In this document: positions 22,807 to 40,724 of the stretch, in pieces
Layout of the letters: each line of letters begins with the position of its first letter
Position numbering within the stretch: the first letter of the stretch is position 1
NCBI GenBank assembly: GCA_964016885.1
Contig: CAXHJY010001403.1
Coordinates: 1 to 64,000 of the forward strand
Reading direction: 5' to 3'
DNA: 64,000 bases
DNA from: Eledone cirrhosa
Lineage: Eukaryota
Notes under the pieces: model-generated
The model's input: the letters and a program-made list of their open reading frames with translations, nothing else
Databases searched by the model: none
Told to the model about the DNA's origin: nothing
Position numbers and translations under genes: made by a program

Positions 22807-23811
22807 AGCCAGTAACAATAATAGTTAAGATTTAAGCCAGTACATATACAATATATATGTATACATACACACAACTATATACGTACATACACGTACATCT
22901 GCGAAAACGTACTCCATTCATACATATACATGCATATATACATAAACTCGTGCACACGTTTACTAGACTCATATATACACATACCTGCTCACATACGATC
23001 TTGTACGCCTAAATACACATACATATATGTGTGTATACATATAATTATATATACATATATAAATATACACACATATGTACATACATATGCACAAACACAC
23101 ATACCTATACATAAATACACATATGTTCAACATATACACATATATATGCAGCACAGGCCTGAAATCGTACACCAAAAGCGTGAACCTTCGTGAAAATTGT
23201 CAACCATTGGACTCAATCATTACCTTAAAATCACGGTTGATAGGATGATAAAATGATACCTTTGTTATTTCAATATAATTGTTATTATTAATACAATACA
23301 ATGTACACGTATACTAAATTGTTTTTAATGCTTTGGTGCATGAATTACCGACGACCCTCCCTGCCATGAAACTTTAAATGCTCGCTCTCATACTCAAGCA
23401 CGCAAACGGATATCTGTGAATATACAACCGCATAGTTGCCCTACCAATCACACCACAATACAGGCATACGCTCCTCCACAAAAGTAGGGCTGATGGCTAT
23501 ATATATATATATATACCTTCTCAATTCAGATACCACAACAAAGTAATGTTGGATCATTAGTCGAACATCCACACCATTAGACCATGCACCTTCACTTAAA
23601 GATAAATGAACAACTGTTATATTAAAGAGGTTTGGAGATCAATCAATGTAATCGTCAATTAACTACACGAATCCTCTTGACATTGTCCTTCTGGGAATAA
23701 CACAAATATAAGCAGAATAATGTCTAACGACATCATTTGATAAGATGAATGATGATTGAGATTTAATGAGGAAATAGAGAAATTCTGTCAACATTTTGTT
23801 TATATATTCAC

Positions 23812-24048
23812 ATGAATTGGCAGTATGAGTAGAGTGTCAGGCACCATGCTCTGCAGCATTGAGTTACCTTCTGAGTTCAAATCCTGTCGAGGTTAGCTTT
23901 GACTTTCATCCTTATGTGGTCGATAATATAAAGCACCAGTAATGCACTGTGGTCGATAATATAAAGTACCAGTAATGTACTGGGTCTATTTATTGATTTA
24001 ACGCCCCTCCTTCAAATTGCTGGCATTCTGCTTAAAGTAGAAACAATT
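23812..24048 (+). mobile_element. tRNA-derived SINE, diverged, with an internal ~31-bp duplication
   Basis: gagttcaaatcc B-box; tgtggtcgataatataaag.accagtaatg occurs twice. Confidence 0.8.
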
Positions 24049-24286
24049 AGCCCATCTCCCTTATCATCCTCCGAGGGAACGCCTTCTCCATTCTGTCCCC
24101 CCCCCCCGGGGCTGTGGAGAGGCCAGCAGGTGGAACCCCATTTGCTCACCATACAGAGAGATGGGGAGGGCGAGAGAGGCGGTGACGGTGGGAGTTCGCT
24201 CTTACACGTTGGGATCATATCATTGTGGATGTGTTCATTATCTATATAGAAAATTATTTCCTCTGTCTTATTCGATTAGATTATGT

Positions 24287-26990
24287 CAGTGTGGACATTG
24301 GTATATTCTACGACCCCCTGGTAATATACATACAGTGTGGGGACATTGACATTCTACGACCCCCTCGTGATATATATACAGTGTGGGGACATTGACATTC
24401 TACGACCCCCTGGTGATATATATATACAGTGTGGGGACATTGACATATTCTACGACCCACTGTTGATATATATACAGTGTGGGGACATTGACATATTCTA
24501 CGACCCCCTGGTAATATACATACAGTGTGGGGACATTGACATTCTACGACCCCCTGGTGATATATATACAGTGTGGGGACATTGACATATTCTACGACCC
24601 ACTGGTAATATATATACAGTGTGGGGACATTGACATTCTACGACCCCCTGGTGATATATATATACAGTGTGGGGACATTGACATATTCTACGACCCACTG
24701 TTGATATATATACAGTGTGGGGACATTGACATATTCTACGAGCCCCTGGTAATATACATACAGTGTGGGGACATTGACATTCTACGACCCCCTGGTGATA
24801 TATATACAGTGTGGGGACATTGACATATTCTACGACCCACTGGTAATATATATACAGTGTGGGGACATTGACATTCTACGACCCCCTGGTGATATATATA
24901 TACAGTGTGGGGACATTGACATATTCTACGACCCACTGTTGATATATATACAGTGTGGGGACATTGACATATTCTACGACCCACTGGTGATATATACACA
25001 GTGTGGGGACATTGACATTCTACGACCCCCTGGTGATATATATACAGTGTGGGGACATTGACATATTCTACGACCCACTGGTAATATATACACAGTGTGG
25101 GGACATTGACATTCTACGACCCCCTGGTAATATATATACAGTGTGGGGACATTGACATTCTACGACCCCTTGGTAATATATATACAGTGTGGGGACATTG
25201 ACATATTCTACGACCCCCTGGTAATATATACACAGTGTGGGGACATTGACATTCTACGACCCCCTGGTAATATATATACAGTGTGGGGACATTGACATAT
25301 TCTACGACCCCCTGGTAATATATACACAGTGTGGGGACATTGACATTCTACGACCCACTGGTAATATATACACAGTGTGGGGACATTGACATATTCTACG
25401 ACTCCCTGGTGATATATATACAGTGTGGGGACATTGACATATTCTACGACCCCCTGGTGATATATATACAGTGTGGGGACATTGACATATTCTACGACCC
25501 ACTGGTGATATATACACAGTGTGGGGACATTGACATTCTACGACCCCCTGGTAATATACATACAGTGTGGGGACATTGACATTCTACGACCCCCTGGTGA
25601 TATATACACAGTGTGGGGACATTGACATATTCTACGACCCCCTGGTGATATATATACAGTGTGGGAACATTGACATATTCTACGACCGCCTGGTGATATA
25701 TATACAGTGTGGGGACATTGACATATTCTACGACCCCCTGGTAATATATACACAGTGTGGAGACATTGACATTCTACGACCCACTGGTAATATATACACA
25801 GTGTGGGGACATTGACATATTCTACGGCCCCCTGGTGATATATATACAGTGTGGGGACATTGACATATTCTACGACCCACTGGTAATATATACACAGTGT
25901 GGGGACATTGACATTCTACGACCCCCTGGTAATATATATACAGTGTGGGGACATTGACATTCTACGACCCCCTGGTAATATATATACAGTGTGGGGACAT
26001 TGACATATTCTACGACCCCCTGGTAATATATACACAGTGTGGGGACATTGACATTCTACGACCCCCTGGTAATATATATACAGTGTGGGGACATTGACAT
26101 TCTATGACCCCCTGGTAATATATATATACAGTGTGGGGACATTGACATATTCTACGACCCCCTGGTAATATATACACAGTGTGGGGACATTGACATATTC
26201 TACGACCCCCTGGTGATATATATACAGTGTGGGGACATTGACATATTCCACGAGCCCCTGGTGATATATATACAGTGTGGGGACATTGACATATTCTACG
26301 ACCCCCTGGTGATATATATACAGTGTGGGGACATTGACATATTCTACGACCCACTGGTGATATATACACAGTGTGGGGACATTGACATTCTACGACCCCC
26401 TGGTAATATACATACAGTGTGGGGACATTGACATTCTACGACCCCCTGGTGATATATACACAGTGTGGGGACATCGACATATTCTACGACCCCCTGGTGA
26501 TATATATACAGTGTGGGGACATTGACATATTCTACGACCCCCTGGTGATATATATACAGTGTGGGGACATTGACATATTCCACGACCCCCTGGTAATATA
26601 TACACAGTGTGAGGACATTGACATTCTACGACCCCCTGGTGATATATATACAGTGTGGGGACATTGACATATTCTACGACCCCCTGGTAATATATACACA
26701 GTGTGGGGACATTGACATTCTACGACCCACTGGTAATATATACACAGTGTGGGGATATTGACATATTCTACGACCCCCTGGTGATATATATACAGTGTGG
26801 GGACATTGACATATTCTACGACCCCCTGGTGATATATATACAGTGTGGGGACATTGACATTCTACGACCCACTGGTGATATATACAGTGTGGGGACATCG
26901 ACATATTCTACGACCCCATGGTGATATATATACAGTGTGGGGACATTGACATATTCTACGACCCCCTGGTGATATATATACACAGAGTGT
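24287..26990 (+). repeat. 46/48-bp minisatellite, about 57 units
   Basis: Unit cagtgtggggacattgac(at)attctacgacccMctggtRatatataYa. Confidence 0.97.
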
Positions 26991-27189
26991 GAAAGGATAG
27001 GGTCACATTTTACCCTGAACCGGCTGATACATACACATTGCGTGTGGTTACTGGGATACACGTTTTACCCCAGCCTACTGTGACAGATTTTGGAGGGCGG
27101 GGCACCATGTCTCTATCCTTGTAAAACAAAATCCAATGGAGGAATGGCAAGGGTGTTAGAAAGATAGATTGAAACTATTAGAATTGCTG

Positions 27190-27780
27190 ACGACAACAGC
27201 AACAACATCACCCCCACCCCCACCACCACCATCACCACCACCATCACCACCACTAACACCAACAACAAAAAACACGCCAACAAATACAGCATCAATATCA
27301 CCACCACCACTACCACCACCATCACCACCACCACTACCTTCACCACTACCACCACCACTACCACCACCATCACCACCACCACCACCACCACTACCCACAA
27401 CAAAAGCTACACCACCATCACCACCACCACCACTACCACCAACCAAAGCTACACCCCAGCACCACCCACCACGATAATTTACCATCACCGTCACCACCAC
27501 CACCACCACCACCACCACCAACAGCAACAATAAAAGCAACACCATTACCATCACCACCACCACTACCACAACAAAAGCTACACCACCAATTGCTACTACC
27601 ACCACCACCACAAGTTGCACCACGACCACCACCAACAGCAATAAAAGCAATACCATTACCATTACCACCACCACTACCACCAACAAAAGCTACACCAACA
27701 ACAGCAACAACAACAATAAGAATCCTAGCAACAACACCACAAAAAACACAACCATACCACTGACACAACAACAACAGTTT
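27190..27780. repeat. (ACC)n/(ACA)n low-complexity tract
   Basis: Direct reading. Confidence 0.9.
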
Positions 27781-28224
27781 GTCCATATCAAACTATAAAA
27801 CCACATATTTTCCACTTGTCATTGTAGACTAATTGTTGTTAAATCATCCTTAAAATACTTCACCTCAGCGGCTCTGAGGTTGTCAAGTATAGCAAATATA
27901 CTTGTACCTCGTTAATGAGAGAGAGAGAGGGGGGGTATGAGAGGGAGTGGGGCGGCAAGAGAGAGAGGGTGTGAGAGGGAAGGTGACAGAGAGGGGGTGT
28001 GAGAGAGAAGGTGACAGAAAGGGAGGAGGGGATGAGTAGACACATAAACACATACACGTGGTTATTATGTTGTTGAACATAGCAAATACACTTGTACTCT
28101 ATTACTGAGAGAGAAAGATTGAGAGAGGAGAGAGAGGGAAAGAGAGAGAGAGAGAACGAGAAAGCGAGCAGACACTCAAATACATATATACTCACACGAT
28201 CAAAGACATATCCACACACTAATA

Positions 28225-28410
<186 letters not shown>

Positions 28411-28545
28411 TACTACTACTCCCGTATATATATGATATATACCTCTTCTAAGTGACTCAGTCTTCCTTTCATCACAAAACCTGAACAGACATTCGTCAAC
28501 ACTTATTTTTTAATTCTTGATTTTAAAATTTGAATTGTAATATTT

Positions 28546-28585
28546 GATATTTGATAAGATTGATTAATTCGAAACCGGTAATATT
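28546..28585 (+). ncRNA. Variant minimal hammerhead (U3-A8)
   Basis: gatat-TTGATAA-gattgattaattc-GAAAC-CG-GTA-atatt. Confidence 0.6.
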
Positions 28586-28989
28586 TCATATGTTTTATAA
28601 AACTCCATTTAAAAGAAGATGCTTCTTTTCTTTTTTCCCAATAATGTCAAGGATTAAAGAAATAAAAAAGGGAAAATCATACGTTGAATAGAGTTTGGTG
28701 CTGTTTCTAGTCTTAGTTTTTTCTACATTAATATATATATGTATATATATATATATATATGAGATATTTCGAGTTGAATCGGAGGTAACCACAGTAAGTA
28801 AGGTACTCAATACATAGCAGAGTACAAAAGTTTTAATATAGAGGAGCTACAGCTATTTCGTGAGAAATCATCAGGGCTTCGTGATGATTTCTCACGAATG
28901 AAACAGTTCTAGTCCTGTAGAAGCTCTTCTATATTAAATATATATATATATATATACATACATATATATATATATACATATATATATAC

Positions 28990-29040
<51 letters not shown>

Positions 29041-29093
29041 TATATATATATATATACATATGTGTATATATATGTGTATATATATATACATAA

Positions 29094-29133
<40 letters not shown>

Positions 29134-29194
29134 GTATATATATATGTGTATATATATACATATATATATATGTATATATGTATATATATATGTG

Positions 29195-29227
<33 letters not shown>

Positions 29228-29241
29228 GTGTATATATATAC

Positions 29242-29355
<114 letters not shown>

Positions 29356-29363
29356 GTATATAT

Positions 29364-29401
<38 letters not shown>

Positions 29402-29424
29402 GTATATATATATATATATATATT

Positions 29425-29921
29425 GGTGACTTTGGACATCCTGCAGGACTAAAAACAAAACCTGTCAAAGGGCAAAGGAGCTCTTAAGAGTCAATGGCCA
29501 TCCAAAATCACCGGGAGAGATGACCCCTTAGCCTTTGTCAAGGCAGAATTCTAGGAGAAGGAAAACTCTGATATAACACCTGCAACCCTGATGGTATCCA
29601 ATGATGTTGACTTGTTCTTCTTTTTGGTAAATATCATCTTGGTTAAGAGAGTGGGACTGGCTTTGTGCAGTGCCTTTGCTCACTATAAAAGCTTCACGGC
29701 ACAGGCATTGCTTTATATCTGGATATCTCTCTGCACTTGTCCTCACATGGTACCATGGGCCCAGCACTATGTGTCAATAATTGTCACAAGTGTAGTGTTT
29801 GTACCAGAGTTTTCAAGTCGCTGGCTGGACTAAAAAGTCACACTCGTTCAGCGCTTCGGTAGGGGTTCTCCTACATGGATATAAAGTAGTGGCCGTACTC
29901 GAAAACGAGTTGGCAGCCACC
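29425..29921 (+). mobile_element. 5'-truncated copy of the RTE-5'UTR-like non-autonomous element, inserted in a TA array
   Basis: Reverse complement of 6986-7483. Confidence 0.8.
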
Positions 29922-34260
<4,339 letters not shown>

Positions 34261-34411
34261 TGTATGTATATATATATATGTACATACTACTGTACGTCGG
34301 TATACATATATGTATGTTCGTGTACATACTTATATTTAAGTAACAGCCGTAATAAGAGTGGGAAATGAAATATCGTTTCATTTTTTCCGTTTATATATAT
34401 ATATATATATA

Positions 34412-34716
34412 TATAAAGAAAAAGGGATGAAATCGAAAATGCAACTGAAGTCTTATTTTTTTTTAAAATATATATATTTATTTGGTTCCTTTACCGGTTT
34501 CGCAGTTCTTCTGCTTTTCAAAAGGTGAGTTGAGATGGAGGGTCTGTGGTTTTTCTCACATCTGAGGTGTGAGAAAAACCACAGACCCTCCATCTCAACT
34601 GACCTTTAGAAAAGCAGAAGAACTGCGAAACCGGTAAAGGAACCAAATAAATATATATATTTTTAAAAAAAATAAGACTTCAGTTGCATTTTCGATTTCA
34701 TCCCTTTTTCTTTATA
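34412..34716. mobile_element. Near-perfect 305-bp palindrome made of two head-to-head pLTR-like HHR arms
   Basis: Arms 34412-34560 and 34568-34716 with a 7-nt spacer. Confidence 0.9.
34488..34525 (-). ncRNA. Variant minimal hammerhead (U3-A8)
   Basis: Reverse complement cctt-TTGAAAA-gcag aagaa ctgc-GAAAC-CG-GTA-aagg; the right-arm copy at 34603-34640 has TAGAAAA. Confidence 0.75.
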
Positions 34717-34828
34717 CTTCCACTCGTGTAGGACACCTCGGTTATTTTTCATTTTGTAAAAAAACCCTCACTTTCTAATATATATATATATATATATATT
34801 CATATATATACATACATATATATATATA

Positions 34829-34905
<77 letters not shown>

Positions 34906-34964
34906 CACATATATATATGTATATATATATACATATATATATATATGTATATATATATATACAC

Positions 34965-34998
<34 letters not shown>

Positions 34999-35056
34999 GT
35001 AGATGTATATATGTATATATATATGTATATATATATACACATATATATATATATAA

Positions 35057-35102
<46 letters not shown>

Positions 35103-35103
35103 G

Positions 35104-35138
<35 letters not shown>

Positions 35139-35524
35139 GTATATATATGTATATATATATATGTATATATATATGTATATATATGTATATATATATATGT
35201 ATATATAAATATGTATATATGTATATATATATGTATATATAAATATACATATATATACATATATATGTATATATATATGTATATATAAATATATATATAT
35301 ATGTATATATATATGTATATATATATATATAAATATATATATGTATATATATATATATGTATATATATGTATATATATATATAGGTAGATCTCACACAAT
35401 GCAGCCTCGGCAGATGAGTACTGCTTGATTATGGCTGACAGCTGATGAAACAAAGGTACCATAGTAAAAACTAATATATGGAACATTATATTATGTAACA
35501 TTATTTTAATTTATATTCAATTGA

Positions 35525-35645
35525 GTTCCGATGAGCCACTCTGTTTTTTTAAATTTGTTAATTATTTTCAACTGAACCAGATCAGTTATGATACATAGTC
35601 TTCTGATCCAGAAATATTATACGGAGTAGCGAAACAATTGTAAAC
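35525..35645 (+). ncRNA. Type I hammerhead with long stem II and U4C core (CCGATGA)
   Basis: gtt-CCGATGA-gccactctgt...acggagtagc-GAAAC-AATT-GTA-aac; lies within repeat 35427-35778, which is inverted to 58800-59153. Confidence 0.7.
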
Positions 35646-35775
35646 GGGCATTATTATTATTAATATTATTATTATTATTATTCTCTACATTCCTTACATC
35701 AAACTAAATATGTTGACAGTCTTTTAATAATGTCTTCCTTGTGAAATTTGTGGTTTTGTTTTGCTTAACTAATGA

Positions 35776-35848
<73 letters not shown>

Positions 35849-35885
35849 GAAAGATTTGAATGGATACAGTTTAGTTGAAAGGAAT

Positions 35886-36006
35886 TTATTGACACGTGTT
35901 TCTATAACAGTTACATAACCTGAAAACGGCTGCTATCTACAAAGTTTTAGTTATGCAGACATTCAATATTTCAATGTTATTATTTACTGTCATTTCATCA
36001 GAATAA
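35886..36006 (-). ncRNA. Type I hammerhead at the 3' end of the Naiad-type PLE
   Basis: Reverse complement ttatt-CTGATGA-a atgacagt...actgttat a-GAAAC-ACGT-GTC-aataa. Confidence 0.85.
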
Positions 36007-36575
36007 TATTACTGAGGACCTATTTTGGTTTTTATAGAGAATATTAGGAGGGAGGGGTGAAGTTGTTAGAAGAATAGTTGAGGGAGTGGTTTTTTGATAG
36101 CAGTGAGAATTTTTGGTGGCAGTGAGTGATTAGATTCCCATCTGTTGTTTTGACATTTTTATAGAATATATTATTGGTTATTTTTCTAAATTTATAGAAG
36201 GATTAGAGATAGTAAAGATATGCGTGGTTGGTTTTGTGTTTGCACTTAATTTACATTCAGACTTAAATTTTTCTTTCAAGTGTACGTATCCTTTCACCCA
36301 CGCATTCACACACAAATATATTTGCACACCTCTACAAAATACATATACTCACATTCACATATTCATACTTACATACATATACACATGTATACATATATAT
36401 ATATATATATACACACATGTATTCATGTACATACATACGCGTTCATGTGTATACATTTTCATACTCAACTTATCTTTATATACACACGTATAGACACACA
36501 CATATATACATACATACTCTAGTCTATGTGTACACATATACACATACATACACATCCATACATATATATATATAT

Positions 36576-36644
<69 letters not shown>

Positions 36645-36912
36645 CACTTTAATACATGAATACACTTACATCTAACTATACACATCAAACATATATATAT
36701 ATTTACTTATTTATATACATTTTCACATATATATACATACTTATGGACGTTTTTAGACACATTCATTATCGCATATTTGCACCTATTCTCATCAGCATAT
36801 CTTTCCATTATTAGTGTGGTAATTTAAGGTTATTAATATATGTTGAGAAGAGATTGTTTTTATATTTTTCTAACTAGATTAAGGTTTATATAGTTGGGGG
36901 GATGTCCCTCTT

Positions 36913-39150
36913 TTATGTAATATTCGGCTTGTAGTGGGAAAAAAGGGTTTTAGTTCTGTGACGGCAGAATAATGTTCGTTCAATTCTGTTATTCAGCAAT
37001 TTCTTCTTGTGTGTGATTATGTAATAAATCTCAAGATTACACAATTTGCAGAAATTTTGGCTCCTGGAAAAGCTTTGGGTTTTAGCTAATTTCTCCCATT
37101 TTAGGGTAAACTTTTGATCGCTATCCCTGAGCGTCCAGGCTTTTTCTGCTAAAGTTGTTGCATTTCTTTGGCTCTGGTGTTTTATTGAGTAAGAATGCCT
37201 ATATAATCGAGATTTAAACGATGTTGCCGTTGATCCCACGTAATACCACTCGTTGCCTCCGGATTTAATGGTACACTTATAAATAATATTTTTTTCCAGG
37301 CAGTTATTGCCGAGGGGGCAGTTGTCAGGATAGGTGCAGTTACAGTTGTGTACGTTGGGTTTTCTCTGGAGTAGTATTGCGGACGAACTTAGGTGTGGTT
37401 TATTTATGTTCTGTAGTGTATTGTCTACTGTTTTTTTTGTGTTCTTTGTACTTAAGTTCTTAGTGTTTTCGTTTAACCTTCTAGTATTGATCTTTTTTAT
37501 GTGTTGTTCAAGGTTTAACGCTGTAGAGTATGACAGTCTTATAGTGGTAGGGTTTAGGATTTTGTGGTATTTGTGTGATGTAGGAAAATGTCTCTTAATT
37601 ATTTTAAAGAAGAGTACTGGTAAATTTGTACTAATGGAACTATTGTATTCGGGGTTATACCATAAGTACTCTTTGCATCGCTTTCTATTAGTTTTGTTTG
37701 TTGGTTTACTGGTGTGCATACTATGGTAGTAAGTGTGGTTTGGTGTTGTGTTATTATATCTACCCATGTGGGATTTATTTTGGGTGTTTTGATTGTTCCC
37801 ATCTATATACTCTATTTTGTTGAGGTAGCCTGCTTTACTAAGGGCGTTATCGTAGTACTTGGCGTGTTCCTTAAATACTTGTATGTTAGAAGATAGACCT
37901 GAGATTCTAAGGGAAATATGTTTAGGGATAGATTTAATTATAGAGATGGGGTGGTTAGAGCCAACATTTACGTATTTGAGATTTTCATTCAATTTATGAA
38001 ACGGTTTAATCAAACCAGAGTTTAAATTGAGTGTGACATCCAGGAAGTTAACTACTTTAAGGTTGTATTCATATGTTATAGTTAGTCCTATTTCGAGTAG
38101 TAGTTTTCTTATATCTTTGCGTAGTTTTTCTAGTTTTTGGTTATTTAGGTTTTTAACTAGGAGGAGAACATCGTCGCGGTATATTCCGCCGTGGAAATTG
38201 CTGAATTTTTCCTGGAGTCTAAAGGCGATAAATAACCCCACAATATCAGTTATTTCCGCCGAATCGTTAGAGCCCATTGTTATGTCAAAGTTAGAGGGTC
38301 TATCTTTACGTACCCAATAACTGTTCTCAAATTTGACTATAGTTTTCCTAGCTTCTAATATAATCTTAATTTCATCGTTTGTAAGGTCAGAGTTATCCTT
38401 AGCAAACTTAATGGCTCTATTCAAAGTTTCAGGTGATATCGATGAGTAATATTCATCGATATCAAACTGGATAAACTTAGATTTATTCTTATTGCTAATG
38501 CTATTAAACCATCTTATTGCTTCTTGGGTCTTCCCACAGAGTTTAATGTCAACCTTAGCCTTAATTTGGGGGATGATTCTATCTCAGATATATTTGCTTA
38601 TTTTACCTATATCTGATTTAGAGGGGCAGATTAATCTAATTTTAGGGTCATTATCAAAGTTTACCTTATGGTCCTTAAGATTGAAGGTGGGTACCGCCGG
38701 TAAGAGTGGTCCTGTCCTATCTTCGATTCCGAGATTTTTCACTATTTCGCATGCCTCATCATTGATGTGCTTAAGAGTTACCTCATTCGTTTTTCTATAT
38801 TTTTTATGTAATTCTTTTCGAATGAAGTTGTTGTATGTAGTGCAATCCATAGTATACAGGTTTGATGTTTTGTCCGCTTTTACTACAATTCCTTTGGTGT
38901 TTTTAAGGTCGTCCAGTAGTTTTTTTAATATCTTTCTGTAATTTGCTGTTGGTGTTGCGTCCTTTGAATTTAATTTTAAGGATTAGGTTCATAAGGTCCT
39001 GCTCAAATGCATCTAATAGTGGGTTGGTGGGTGGGTTTTTACAAGTCCTAAAACCGAAATTGTTGTTTACACCACTTTCTAATGTTGAGTTGATACGGCT
39101 TCTATCATAGTGGAGCGTTTTCCACCTGACACGTCGAATGAATTCATTAG
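36913..39150 (-). pseudogene. Naiad-type PLE RT and GIY-YIG endonuclease, with an in-frame TGA at 38584-38586 and a probable upstream frameshift
   Basis: RRVRWK, KADKTSNLY, LKDHK, RLICPSKSDIGKISK, FIQFDIDEYYSSI, FDITMGSNDSAE, GIYRDD, NFLDVTL, CNC..CPL...C, IIYKC..YYVGST, CKLCNLE, CRHR. Confidence 0.9.
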
Positions 39151-39192
39151 TCTACTGTGTGTAATATTTATATTACAACACAACGGAAAATA

Positions 39193-39254
<62 letters not shown>

Positions 39255-39322
39255 AAGGTTTAGTAAATAATGAAAAAGTTTCAAAATAAATTTTAAAAAA
39301 TTGACTTTACCTACTATAGTTA

Positions 39323-39404
39323 CCTTTACCGATCGGTTTCGAATCCCAAAAATAAAACGTAGGCCATACGGCCCTCGTTGCAAAGAGAGATTCTCGTCAG
39401 AAGG
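39323..39404 (-). ncRNA. Type I hammerhead, family C, intact
   Basis: Reverse complement cctt-CTGACGA-gaatc...gattc-GAAAC-CGATCG-GTA-aagg. Confidence 0.88.
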
Positions 39405-39805
39405 TTCTTTTCATTCAAAGAATATAAAATTCCTGAATTTAAATCACAAACTAGCGCTATCAAAGACTGTTCCTGGGATGAGAGTGGATGATGTAGAACA
39501 GGTTTATCAAGGGCCGTAGTAAAGATAGAGGCAAAAGGAGGTAGGTCGAACTAGCCACCGCTGTTATCAGCAGCAGTCGGAATGACCCGGTTTGTTCTCA
39601 ACGTATGTGGAGGTAGTAGTAATATGAAATACGTCCTTTCACGCACAAGGCGCCAAGGTACGCATGTATTGTCCAACCAAGTGCCAGTGTGGTTCAATGG
39701 CGGGTTAATAAATTAACGAGCCAGAACAAATATAAACAAGGTTTAGTAAATAATGAAAAAGTTTCAAAATAAATTTAAAAAAATTGACTTTACCTACTAT
39801 AGTTA

Positions 39806-39887
39806 CCTTTACCGATCGGTTTCGAATCCCAAAAATAAAACGTAGGCCATACGGCCCTCGTTGCAAAGAGAGATTCTCGTCAGAAGG
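39806..39887 (-). ncRNA. Type I hammerhead, family C, intact second copy
   Basis: Identical motif displaced by 483 nt. Confidence 0.88.
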
Positions 39888-39984
39888 TTCTTTTCATTCA
39901 AAGAATATAAAATTCCTGAATTTAAATCACAAACTAGCGCTATCAAAGACTGTTCCTGGGATGATATGTATATATAAATATATG

Positions 39985-40065
<81 letters not shown>

Positions 40066-40368
40066 GTATATATATATGTATATATATATGTATATATATG
40101 TATATATATGTATATATATATATATGTATATATATATGTATATATATGTATATATATGTATATATATATATATATATGTATATAAATATATGTATATATA
40201 TATGTATATAAATATATATATATATATATATATGTATATAAATATATGTATATATATATGTATATATATATATAAATATATGTATATATATATGTATATA
40301 TATATATAAATATATGTATATATATATATAAATATATGTATATATATATATATGTATATATATATAAA

Positions 40369-40408
<40 letters not shown>

Positions 40409-40466
40409 TTTATATATATATACATATGTATATATATGTATATATATATATATATATACATATATT

Positions 40467-40518
<52 letters not shown>

Positions 40519-40558
40519 CATATGTATATATATGTATATATATATATATACATATATT

Positions 40559-40590
<32 letters not shown>

Positions 40591-40595
40591 CATAC

Positions 40596-40630
<35 letters not shown>

Positions 40631-40652
40631 CATATATTTATATATATACATA

Positions 40653-40720
<68 letters not shown>

Positions 40721-40724
<4 letters not shown>

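Larger units (their letters stand above)
35845..39152 (-). mobile_element. Penelope-like element, Naiad-type, 5'-truncated, with 3' HHR
   Basis: RT + GIY-YIG coding region followed by about 1 kb of 3'UTR ending in a hammerhead, then a TA array. Confidence 0.88.
39246..39964 (-). mobile_element. Family C element: ~235-bp HHR-bearing direct repeats 483 nt apart, within TA arrays
   Basis: 39246-39482 is about identical to 39730-39964. Confidence 0.9.

Noticed and set aside
24287-26990. CRISPR-like array or repeat protein (CGDIDIFYDP)
   Set aside because: No unique spacers, a eukaryotic context, and 46/48-bp units that break the reading frame
27113-27786. Pro/Thr-, Gly- or Val-rich ORFs (extensin or mucin-like)
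   Set aside because: Simple trinucleotide repeat with frame changes and no gene structure
38584-38586. In-frame TGA in the Naiad-type ORF as possible selenocysteine
   Set aside because: It falls in SKYI*DRI, where a Leu is expected (TTA>TGA), not at a Cys position. The element shows other decay and no SECIS was identified.
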